Positions 34,156 to 42,579 of a stretch of DNA of 64,000 bases are shown in pieces. The stretch is from Entomortierella parvispora E1425 (lineage: Eukaryota > Fungi > Mortierellomycota). The position numbers and the translations under genes are program-made. The notes below the pieces were generated by a model that saw only the letters and a list, made by a program, of their open reading frames with translations, searched no databases and was not told the origin of the DNA. The stretch spans positions 2,046,001-2,110,000 of the forward strand of contig BQFW01000014.1 in NCBI GenBank assembly GCA_020891255.1, written 5' to 3'. Numbering within the stretch: position 1 is the stretch's first letter; each line of letters begins with the position of its first letter.

Positions 34156-34772
34156 CTCCCCCCACAGGCTTCAGGCCGTCCTCGGCCTGCCTGCAACTGA
34201 TTGACTCTGGGTTCGCGAGTACGTTGGCCACGGCGACGAGGCTTCGGGGCAGAAGCAGCAAGTGCCTGTCTGTACACGCGGGCAGCTTCAGCGGCGGAAC
34301 CCATCATAGGCGGTTCGTAAGTGCCAAGTTGATCGCGACGGGCAAGGTAATCTTCATTGGCGGTTCTAAGAGCGAGGGCCTCCTCCACGCGCTGTTCCTC
34401 CTCAGTGCGGCTTTCAATTGGAAGACCATCGTCAGAGTTGTCGTTGGCTTGCTCCATGGTGTGCTTTGTCTTAGTGACCCAAGCACGGCGTGCAGATGCT
34501 TCATCTGGCGGATAAGCACGCTTAAGACGGTCTTGGTGTACTAAGTCCGTCTTCAACTCACCATCTCCCCAGCGGAGCTGATAAGTCGACAAGGGCGTAA
34601 TACGGATCACTTCCAACGGGCCATAAAAATGGGGTTGAAGCTTCGTACGGCCGAAGTTCTTGACCAGGACAAAATCACCAACTGCGAACTTATGATCGGT
34701 GACCGTGTGTGTCTCTTCATGGTGTGCGGCCATATCATCTGCGGCGGTCTGCTGGGCCTGCAGGTGCTTTTT
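34014..34772 (-). CDS. Integrase C-terminal module (GPY/F plus a ~120-aa extension) in the +1 frame
   Basis: FAVGDFVLVK...QPHFYGPLEV...YQL...VHQDRLK motif. The frame is open from 35000 to 34014 and runs through the PPT into the LTR. Confidence 0.75.
   Translation of the reverse strand, partial: KKHLQAQQTAADDMAAHHEETHTVTDHKFAVGDFVLVKNFGRTKLQPHFYGPLEVIRITPLSTYQLRWGDGELKTDLVHQDRLKRAYPPDEASARRAWVTKTKHTMEQANDNSDDGLPIESRTEEEQRVEEALALRTANEDYLARRDQLGTYEPPMMGSAAEAARVYRQALAASAPKPRRRGQRTREPRVNQLQAGRGRPEACGGSVVNQTAFIPASSASDHMTYDHLTADTPDEWTLVARPHCTCAARHRR
34156..34163 (-). other. Polypurine tract of family C
   Basis: GGGGGGAG directly before the 3' LTR on the minus strand. Confidence 0.85.
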
Positions 34773-37700
34773 CTCGGAGGGCGTCGATTTCTCGAAAAGT
34801 CTTGCGACGATGTTCTGCAAAATCGTCTTGATCTTGAAAATCAAACAAGAATGGGCGTACTGGATCTTGCGGCAAACGGGGTTCAAGTCCATAAACAAGT
34901 TGAAATGGGCTGACCTTGGTTCGCTGAGAGATGTGTACGCGACAAGCGAACAGACTCTGGTGCAGGTACTGATCCCAGCTGTGGATGTGTGTACCCACAT
35001 ACTTGCTCAACATGTGTCCGATAACACCATTGAGACGCTCACACTTTCCATTCGACCTTGGATGGTAAGCAGACGTAGCCTTGTGTTTGATGTGCAGCTT
35101 CTCCAAATAGCGTTGAAGAACGTCAGACATGAAGTTGGCTCCTCGGTCGCTAACGATCTCGCTAGGGCAGCCAAACTGTAAGACGATCTCTTCATAGAGA
35201 AAAGTAGCAACGGCGTCGGCGGTTGCTTCTGGCAAGGCTCTTGCGATCGGCCAGTTCGTGGCATGGTCGATTGCAGTAATGATCCAACGGTTTCCCTTCT
35301 TGGTGGCTGGCATGCGACCAATAAAATCAATTCCCCAGCGCTCAAACGGACGTGCTGGCGCCAATGGATGCAACGGTGCAACAGAGCGGTCACCACCGGG
35401 CTTGACCAATTGACACGGCTTGCATTCACGTACTACTGCTTTGATATCTGTTCGAAGACTGGGCCACCACATGCGAGTCTTGGCCAAATCAAACGTTCCA
35501 GACTCTCCAAGATGTCCAATGTCGGTGTGCAACTCAATGAGACGATCTGCGCGCTCTGCAAACGGAACGAAGGGAACTGCTCTTCCTTCAACCATGTAGC
35601 GCAATTCGTCGTCATCAGTCGTGAAGTTATGAGCCTCCTTGCGGACTCTCTTCTTGGTGTCTCCATCGGTATGGGGCGGAAAAGAACCATCATCCAGAAA
35701 TGCAGGGACAAGCAACGGCCAATCCCAAGTGTCGATGTGACGTCCTGCTGTCACATTGTTGATTTGCAATCTGGAAAGCGCATCTGCAGCGATGTTGGTG
35801 GCTCCTGCCTTATACTGGATCGACAGGTTGTAGGGGGCCAAAAATTCAACCCAACGGGTCATTCTCGGGCTCAGGTGTGGCTGGGTCAACAAAAATCGTA
35901 GACTTGCATGGTCAGTGTAGACCACGTTTTCGGGGGCGCCAAGAATAAACGTGCGCCATGCTCTGCATGCGTGAACAATGGCGAGGAGTTCCTTCTCATG
36001 GACCGGGTAGTTCTTCTCGGCTGGCTTAAGTTTTCGTGACTCATAGGCAACTGGGTGTCTTTTGCCTTCGTGCATCTGATAAAGGACTCCTCCTGTGGCA
36101 ATGTCGGATGCATCGGTTTCCATATAGTACGGCTCATCGGGGTGTCCAAGGCACAATACAGGGGTAGTCGCTAGAAGTTCTTTGATTCCATCGAAAGCGG
36201 CTTGTTGAACTGGGCCCCAAGTAGGCACGGGTCGCAACTTTCCTTTGTTTGGGCCTGGACCAGTGGTCAACAAGTCTGTAAGACAAGCAGTGACTTCGGC
36301 ATGGTGGAAAATATGACGGCGATGGTAGTTCACAAATCCAATGAATGAACGAAGCTCTTGTACGTTGGTTGGGGTGGGCCAGTTCTTGACAACTGCGACC
36401 TTGGCTGGATCCACTTGAATTCCATCGTAGGATATCACATGTCCGACGAAGGTGATGCTGGATAATCCAAACGCACATTTGCTTTGCTTGGCATGTAGGT
36501 GATGTTTTCGCAGCGTTGATAGCACTGTTCGGATGTGCTTCAAGTGTTCTTCGAAAGTCTTGGAGTAGATCAGGATGTCATCGAGGTAGACAACAACGAA
36601 CTGATCCAACTCTTTACTGAAAATCGTATTCATGAAGGCTTGAAACGACGCGGGCGCGTTGGTAAGACCAAAAGCCATGACACAGTACTCGTAGTGTCCA
36701 TATCGGGTAGAGAACGCTGTCTTGGGTCTGTCCTCTTCTGCAACTTGAAGTTGATGATATCCCTGCTGGAGATCCAACTTGCTGAAATAACGGGCTCCTC
36801 GCATGCGATCGAAAAATTCATCGGTGTGCGGGAGAAAATACTTGTTCTTGATCGTGACGGCGTTGAGTCCACGATAGTCGATGCACAGTCTCAATGTTCC
36901 ATCTTTCTTCTTGACGAACAGGACTGGTGCGGCCCACGGCGACGTTGAGGGCTGGATGTACCCCAACCGTAACAGCTCATCCAACTGTTCTTTGAGAGTC
37001 TTGAGCTCGAGGGGTGACATCTTATATATCTTCTTGACCACAGGACTTGTTACTCCAGTGGGGATTTGGTGATCGAAACCGGGACGGGCTGGTGGCATCT
37101 CTGAGAGTGGAGCGAATACATCCTGCTGGTACTCCTTCACTATCTCATCGATTTGAGCTTGCTGTTCTACTGTCAGGTCCGGGTTGGTCATGAGCTCTTC
37201 TGCTCGGGTGTGTTCTGGAACGTGGGTTTTCATTAACCAAACGATTCCTGCTTCTTGTGTATCATCGGCGGCCATGGTGTGTAAGAACCGCTGTGCGTTC
37301 GTCTGCACATATGCAAGTTCAGGTACCTGTTCGTTCTGCAGAAGGGTACTGGCGGGCTGAGATCTGGCGATGGCTTCGTGTTTTCGGCCATTGACTTGCC
37401 AAGTCAATGAGTAGCGATCCCAATTGATTTGAGGTTTGTAGCGGAACATCCATGGAAGTCCAATGAAAACATCGTGAGCTAGGTCGGGAACAACCGTGGC
37501 TGTGAAACGGCAGGTGTGTTCTCCAATAACAACTCGAAGGATGACTTCGCCTAGTGCCTTAGCACCTAGGTCTCCTGCATGGGCTGTTCGTACAGGGGTC
37601 GGCTCATAGATTCGTTTTTCATCGAGGATGGATTCCGGGGATTCTTCACGGATAACTTCGAGGGCACGAGAAGAAATAACGTTGACGTTGGCGCCGTTAT

Positions 37701-38895
37701 CAAAAAGGGCGTCGAATTGCCAACCGTCGACGTAGAGGGGTACGACCATCAATGGGCAAGTTTCGGGCTTGAAATCTTGTGGATCGATATGGGTCATGTT
37801 GATGTTCACGTTTGGGCGATTCCTTCGTTGTGGTCGTCCTTGGTTTTGTCCTCCTTGAGGGCAGTCGCGTTTGTAGTGTCCTCGCTGTCCACAGTTATAA
37901 CAAGTTTGCGGCTTGGGGCATTCTGCGGCCTTGTGATTGTCTCCGCAATTGTGGCACTCGATGTTGAACACATCAACGTCCATATCCATCGAAGATCGAC
38001 GACCTTGACTTTGATTTTGGTTTTGGGTGCTGTCTCGTCGATCTGGAGGGCGTGAAAACGGATGACCAGAGAAACTAACGCGTTTTCCAGTTGAAAAACC
38101 AGTAGTGGGGTTTCCAGTAATGTGAGAGGGACGAGGGGGCGGGGCTGTTGCTGCAGCGTGGTGTTGGAAAAGTCTTGGGGAACCAAAGCGTGATGGAGCA
38201 ACAAAAGGGCGAGACGGCGGCGTTTGTCTGGCTTGGTTGATTCGGTTCTGCGCGGATTGGGAAATGATACCAAGGCTTGTGCTCATCTCTGTTCGGATTT
38301 CACAGTGTTGGCGGACTTGTTGCCAGGTTTTGACTTGGTGCTCGATCAGAAATTTTCGCAAAAATTGTGGACTTCGGGTCTTGAAGACGTGTACTTTTTC
38401 TCCTTCAGATACATTGGTACCAAGAGGCATCAAAGCAAACTGAAAACGGTGGAAGAAGGTGTTGGGGGTGTCTGTCTTTTCCCAGACAACACTATCGAGT
38501 TCGTTGCGAAGGGTCTCTTCCAAGTCTTCTGAGCTGAACTGACTTAAAAAGGCGGCTGAGAAAGTGTCCCACGTGGCATTGGTGTGGAGTGAGTTGTAAT
38601 TCAGGCCCCAGACTCTTGCGTCACCTCGAAGCTTGGCAATCGCGGCTCTGGGCCATTTCGGTCTAGGAATCTCACTGATGTCTGCAATCAACTCTGTCTG
38701 TAGCAACCATGCTCGGGCCTCGTGGTGGGAGCAGGTGCCATTGAAAGTTTCATGATCCGAGGGCAAAAGGTTCTTTTTGGGACGATCATTGTGGATCACA
38801 GGTTCGGGAACGGTGAAGGTGGAGGCGGCGTGATAGCTTGACGTGTTGGGCTCCTCGTCAATATCGTCGTCGAAGTTGTGTTGATGTTGATTCAT
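34735..38895 (-). CDS. Gag-Pol polyprotein (single ORF, 1386 aa)
   Basis: Two zinc knuckles (CHNCGDNHKAAEC, CYNCGQRGHYKRDC), protease LFDNGAN, RT YLDD, RNase H ETDAS/KELLAIV/TDH, integrase HHCC and WGIDFIG/SDRG/KCERLNG. Confidence 0.96.
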   Translation of the reverse strand: MNQHQHNFDDDIDEEPNTSSYHAASTFTVPEPVIHNDRPKKNLLPSDHETFNGTCSHHEARAWLLQTELIADISEIPRPKWPRAAIAKLRGDARVWGLNYNSLHTNATWDTFSAAFLSQFSSEDLEETLRNELDSVVWEKTDTPNTFFHRFQFALMPLGTNVSEGEKVHVFKTRSPQFLRKFLIEHQVKTWQQVRQHCEIRTEMSTSLGIISQSAQNRINQARQTPPSRPFVAPSRFGSPRLFQHHAAATAPPPRPSHITGNPTTGFSTGKRVSFSGHPFSRPPDRRDSTQNQNQSQGRRSSMDMDVDVFNIECHNCGDNHKAAECPKPQTCYNCGQRGHYKRDCPQGGQNQGRPQRRNRPNVNINMTHIDPQDFKPETCPLMVVPLYVDGWQFDALFDNGANVNVISSRALEVIREESPESILDEKRIYEPTPVRTAHAGDLGAKALGEVILRVVIGEHTCRFTATVVPDLAHDVFIGLPWMFRYKPQINWDRYSLTWQVNGRKHEAIARSQPASTLLQNEQVPELAYVQTNAQRFLHTMAADDTQEAGIVWLMKTHVPEHTRAEELMTNPDLTVEQQAQIDEIVKEYQQDVFAPLSEMPPARPGFDHQIPTGVTSPVVKKIYKMSPLELKTLKEQLDELLRLGYIQPSTSPWAAPVLFVKKKDGTLRLCIDYRGLNAVTIKNKYFLPHTDEFFDRMRGARYFSKLDLQQGYHQLQVAEEDRPKTAFSTRYGHYEYCVMAFGLTNAPASFQAFMNTIFSKELDQFVVVYLDDILIYSKTFEEHLKHIRTVLSTLRKHHLHAKQSKCAFGLSSITFVGHVISYDGIQVDPAKVAVVKNWPTPTNVQELRSFIGFVNYHRRHIFHHAEVTACLTDLLTTGPGPNKGKLRPVPTWGPVQQAAFDGIKELLATTPVLCLGHPDEPYYMETDASDIATGGVLYQMHEGKRHPVAYESRKLKPAEKNYPVHEKELLAIVHACRAWRTFILGAPENVVYTDHASLRFLLTQPHLSPRMTRWVEFLAPYNLSIQYKAGATNIAADALSRLQINNVTAGRHIDTWDWPLLVPAFLDDGSFPPHTDGDTKKRVRKEAHNFTTDDDELRYMVEGRAVPFVPFAERADRLIELHTDIGHLGESGTFDLAKTRMWWPSLRTDIKAVVRECKPCQLVKPGGDRSVAPLHPLAPARPFERWGIDFIGRMPATKKGNRWIITAIDHATNWPIARALPEATADAVATFLYEEIVLQFGCPSEIVSDRGANFMSDVLQRYLEKLHIKHKATSAYHPRSNGKCERLNGVIGHMLSKYVGTHIHSWDQYLHQSLFACRVHISQRTKVSPFQLVYGLEPRLPQDPVRPFLFDFQDQDDFAEHRRKTFREIDALREKAPAGPADRRR

Positions 38896-38934
38896 GATGT
38901 AAGAAAGTGGGTAGGGAAGGTGGTCGTCTTGAAT

Positions 38935-39035
38935 GGCGTGGCGGTAGGACTACTACTGTCCTTTGGATGGGCGTGGCGGTAGGACTACTACTGTCCTTTG
39001 GATGGGCGTGGCGGTAGGACTGCTACTGTCCTTTG
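38935..39035. repeat. 35-bp tandem repeat (2 full units + 1 partial) in the retrotransposon leader
   Basis: GGCGTGGCGGTAGGACT(A/G)CTACTGTCCTTTG(GATG) starting at 38935, 38970 and 39005. Confidence 0.93.
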
Positions 39036-39041
39036 CTACCA
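39029..39041 (-). other. Primer-binding site, probably for initiator tRNA-Met
   Basis: TGGTAGCAAAGGA, 4 nt after the 5' LTR. TGGTAGC is the iMet-type PBS start, as in Ty3. The host iMet sequence was not available to confirm this. Confidence 0.75.
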
Positions 39042-39045
39042 AATT

Positions 39046-39653
39046 TGTCGTGACTCTCGGTATCACGACTGATCCTTAGGGTGTGTCGAGCGTGTTCTTC
39101 TACACTGGGCACCACAGTCAGCTACCTTGACTGTAATCGAGATGGAAGGGCAAAGAAAGGATATGTTTAATAAGATATTCTGTGTGTTACTACTGATAGG
39201 GTTCTCAAGAGGGTTACCTGTAATCGAGATGGAAGGGCAAAGAAAGGATGCCGTTCTAAGTCTCGATACAGAGCTACTTATATACTGAAGGTAGTGAAGT
39301 GAGACTATACTGCTGACACTATGGAAATAAATAGTGAAGGGCTTATGACTATTCTGGAATAGGGGCCCTAACGTCCGAGGTTTCAAAGAGCTTGGTCGAC
39401 CGGCGTGGAGACAAGCTTTTGATTGGCAACGGTTGGTAGGTTAATGTCGGAGAAACATGAAATGCTCCGTTCGTGAGTATACACGATTGAGGGTAGTCGA
39501 CCTGGTGATGGTCAACGACGATGACGCGCGGCACAAGTGCAATGAGGGCGCGCAACAAGGGTCCATTCATCAGGCGTGTCGGCGGTCAGGTGATCGTAAG
39601 TCATGTGATCAGACGCGGAGCTGGCGGGGATAAAAGCAGTCTGATTCACGACA
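39046..39653 (-). repeat. 5' LTR of family C
   Basis: Copy of 33548-34155. Confidence 0.97.
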
Positions 39654-39668
39654 TAGATATATTAGCCT

Positions 39669-39740
39669 TCCTAGTTGGTCCAGTGGTCAGGATTTGTCGC
39701 TCTCACCGACAAGGCCCGGGTTCGATCCCCGGACTGGGAA
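39669..39740 (+). tRNA. tRNA-Glu (anticodon CTC), intronless
   Basis: 72 nt. Acceptor stem TCCTAGT/ACTGGGA, A box TGGTCCAGTGG, anticodon arm TGTCG-CTCTCAC-CGACA, B box GGTTCGATCCC, with T-tracts downstream. Confidence 0.96.
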
Positions 39741-39768
39741 TTCTTTTCTTTTGCTCCCTCTTTCTGAT

Positions 39769-39774
39769 CACGTG
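39769..39774. promoter_or_regulatory. E-box (TCACGTG)
   Basis: ~125 bp upstream of the kinase ATG. Confidence 0.4.
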
Positions 39775-39896
39775 CAACCGTTGGCGTTCCTGTAGCGAGG
39801 ATGGCCGAAGTTGATCCGCCTGGAATGAAGACCCCCATTATTTTCTTTTTTTTTGTAAGATTTCTGTCTCTCCATCATCATCATCTTTATACAATC

Positions 39897-41052
39897 ATGC
39901 TTGCCTCTGTTCGTGCCCCTGCCGCCCGCAGCGCCATCCTTGCGCGGAGCGCTTTGATGCAGCCCGCTCGCCGCACTTTCTCTGCCACTGCCATTCACCG
40001 AAATGCCCAGAACCCCACACCTGCCTCGGCACCAAAGCGGTCAGGGTCCAACTGGCTCACCATTGCTGGTCTGACTGCATTGGCCGCCACCTCGGGATAC
40101 TACCTTTTCAGTCCAGTCGATGGTTCGTGACCTTCATTCTGCCTCGGAGCGTGAAGGACAAAGAGAAAACTGGATGACAGACTATCTGCCTGATTTTTTA
40201 ACGTGGTTCCTGAATGTACCTGAATGTACCTGAATGTATACACCTTAGGCACGCCTGTGGTCAAGAAGGTCGAGACCAAGGAGTCGCCCGTGGAGAAGAA
40301 GACTGAGATCAAGAAGTCCCCTGAAATCCTCTCTGCTGAGAACAAGAAGGCCTTGGAGAAGACCACCGTTATCTTTGTCCTCGGTAAGTTTGGCTGCACC
40401 TCTAACAAGTATTTTTTGGAAAAAAAAAAAAAAAAAGGAAAAAAAAACAAGTATCATTCCTCACACTTCATTCTGTTCAACTGTGGGGTGTCTTCAAATA
40501 GGCGGACCTGGCGCTGGAAAGGGAACTCAGTGCGCAAACTTGGTGCGCGATTTCGGATTCGTTCATTTGTCTGCTGGCGACCTCCTTCGCGCTGAACAGG
40601 AGCGTCCTGGATCGCAGTACGGAGAGCTGATCAAGACCTATATCAAGGAGGGCAACATTGTGCCTATGGAGGTGACGATTGCGCTCTTGGAGAATGCCAT
40701 GTTGGAGAGCGGACAGGACCGTTTCTTGATTGACGGATTCCCCCGCAAGATGGATCAGGCCTTGAAGTTTGAGGAGGTGGTCGTCCCCAGCAAGTTCACT
40801 CTGTACTTTGAGTGCCCAGAAGAGGTCATGTTGAAGCGTTTGATGAAGCGCGGCGAAACAAGTGGACGTGCAGATGACAACATTGAGTCGATCAAGAAGA
40901 GATTCCGTGTCTTCACCGAGACCTCCTACCCTGTGATTGAATACTTTGGAAAGAGCGGCAAGGTCCACAAGGTCTCTTGCGTTGACTCTCCTGAAGCTGT
41001 TTACGATCGGGTCAAGGATATCTTCAACAAGCTGTTCAACGAGAACAAGTAA
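39897..41052 (+). CDS. URA6: UMP-CMP kinase (adenylate kinase family) with N-terminal presequence and TM segment, 3 exons
   Basis: VIFVLG|GPGAGKGTQC, HLSAGDLLRAE, LIDGFPR, GRADDN. Introns 40123-40248 and 40384-40501 splice in frame. Confidence 0.9.
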
Positions 41053-41211
41053 ATTTTTGACGCCATCAAGAAAAAAATCCCACCATTCAATAAAACACAT
41101 GTGAGGCACACTAGCAGTCACCGGCCTGTTCTTCACTTCCCCACTCTCCTCTCTCCTCTCTCCTCTTTCCTCTCTCCTCTCTATCTTCTCTCGACATAGA
41201 ATCCTTTAACC

Positions 41212-42301
41212 ATGTGGCTCTTTGGATACGGCAGCTTGATCTGGAGACCCGATCTAGAATATGAGGATAGGTAAACCTGCCTGGATCTTCAAAAGGAAAA
41301 TTGCTCGCTGCGGAATGATGGTACAGACATTCACACCCAACACCTCGATAAATGAAATAGCAAAGTCGGTTATATTAAGGGATATGTCCGGAGGTTTTGG
41401 CAAAGCAGCACAGACCATCGAGGAACAGAAGAGGCCCCTGGCCGTGTTGTGACCCTGATCCCCTACGACGAATTTTCGTCCAAGTTCACGGACCACGATC
41501 AGGTATGTTCGAGCGAGGAAAAACGCCCCCATCGATCGACCTCTTGGCAAGGAATATAACAGACATTGATGTCCTTCTCCCATGATCCCTCTTCGCTCTC
41601 CTCTTGTTCTTCCCCGTATGAACCTCAGCACTCAATTGACCAGGACGATATTACATGGGGTGTTGCATACAAAATCCCAGAGTCCAAGGTGGCAGAAACA
41701 AAGGCCTATCTGGATCATCGGGAAAAAAACGGGTATGACACTCACTTCCTAGATGTCTATCAGCCTGACAGCGATGTCCCTGTGGTCGAGAAGGTACGCA
41801 GTGTCTGGTTGAAAGCAAGAAGAAAGAATGAAAAGAAAGAAAGAAAGGCGGGAATCACAACGATGGCAGCACTTCTAACATTCCATCCAACTTGTCCCCA
41901 ATGTAGGCCATTGTGTATATTGGATCGACTGACAATTCAGAATTCGCCGGACCTGCACCTTTGGACAGCATTGCAGAACAGATCTACCACTCGCATGGTA
42001 TGGAAGGCCGAAGAATGACTATTGCATGAGAATACCTGCCCGTGGCAAGTTTACTAATGACTAATTCTCTTGCTCGCCCCGCTCGTCTGTAGGTCCTAGC
42101 GGACCCAACAAGGACTACCTTCTAAACTTGGCCCAGGCTTTTAGAACTGTGGCCCCTCATGGAAACGATGGGCACCTCTTTGAACTGGAAGCCAAGGTGA
42201 AAGAGCTAATGCGTAAGGATGCCGGGTCGCAAGAGGCGTTTGACCTCTTGCTCTCCAAAATCATTGTCCAGTCCAAGCCTGCGGCCGTGACACCTTATTA
42301 A
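41212..42301 (+). CDS. ChaC-family glutathione-specific gamma-glutamylcyclotransferase, multi-exon
   Basis: [49 protein letters not shown] and [10 protein letters not shown]. Confidence 0.92.
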
Positions 42302-42550
42302 TGACCAGCTCAAAAAATCGACTCATTCGACTAAATCGGCTCAATCGGCTCAATATCCCTCCACATCAAACAAGGCTGCGGTCAAAATCCGCGAACAATA
42401 TGAATCGTCTCATTTCGACTAATCTGAACACAGACATGCTGGGGAATGAGAGTGATCACTGTCATTGAACTCAGAGGACTTTTATGGTCCTCCAAAGATG
42501 TCAAGTCAATTATTGAGCCGATTATTGAGTCGATTTTGCTCTGCAGCTCA
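42302..42550. mobile_element. Candidate MITE-like element flanked by TTAA
   Basis: TTAA at 42298-42301 and 42551-42554. Imperfect ends (TGACCAG vs TGAGCTG as reverse complement). Exact subterminal inverted motifs AAAATCGACTCA and AATCGGCTCAAT. Confidence 0.5.
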
Positions 42551-42579
42551 TTAATAATAGAAACTAGAAAATAAATGAT

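Larger units (their letters stand above)
33548..39653 (-). mobile_element. Full-length Ty3/gypsy LTR retrotransposon (family C), 6106 bp, 4-bp TSD TAGA
   Basis: Two 608-bp LTRs with TGTCGTGA...TCACGACA ends. TAGA at 33544-33547 and 39654-39657. PBS, PPT and gag-PR-RT-RH-IN order are all present. Confidence 0.97.

Noticed and set aside
38935-39035. 35-bp direct repeats resembling a CRISPR array
   Set aside because: Units are head-to-tail with no spacers, inside a retrotransposon leader in a eukaryotic genome with no cas genes.
40477-41136. 219-aa antisense ORF over URA6, and similar ones over gag-pol and MDM1
   Set aside because: These are typical shadow ORFs of codon-biased genes.
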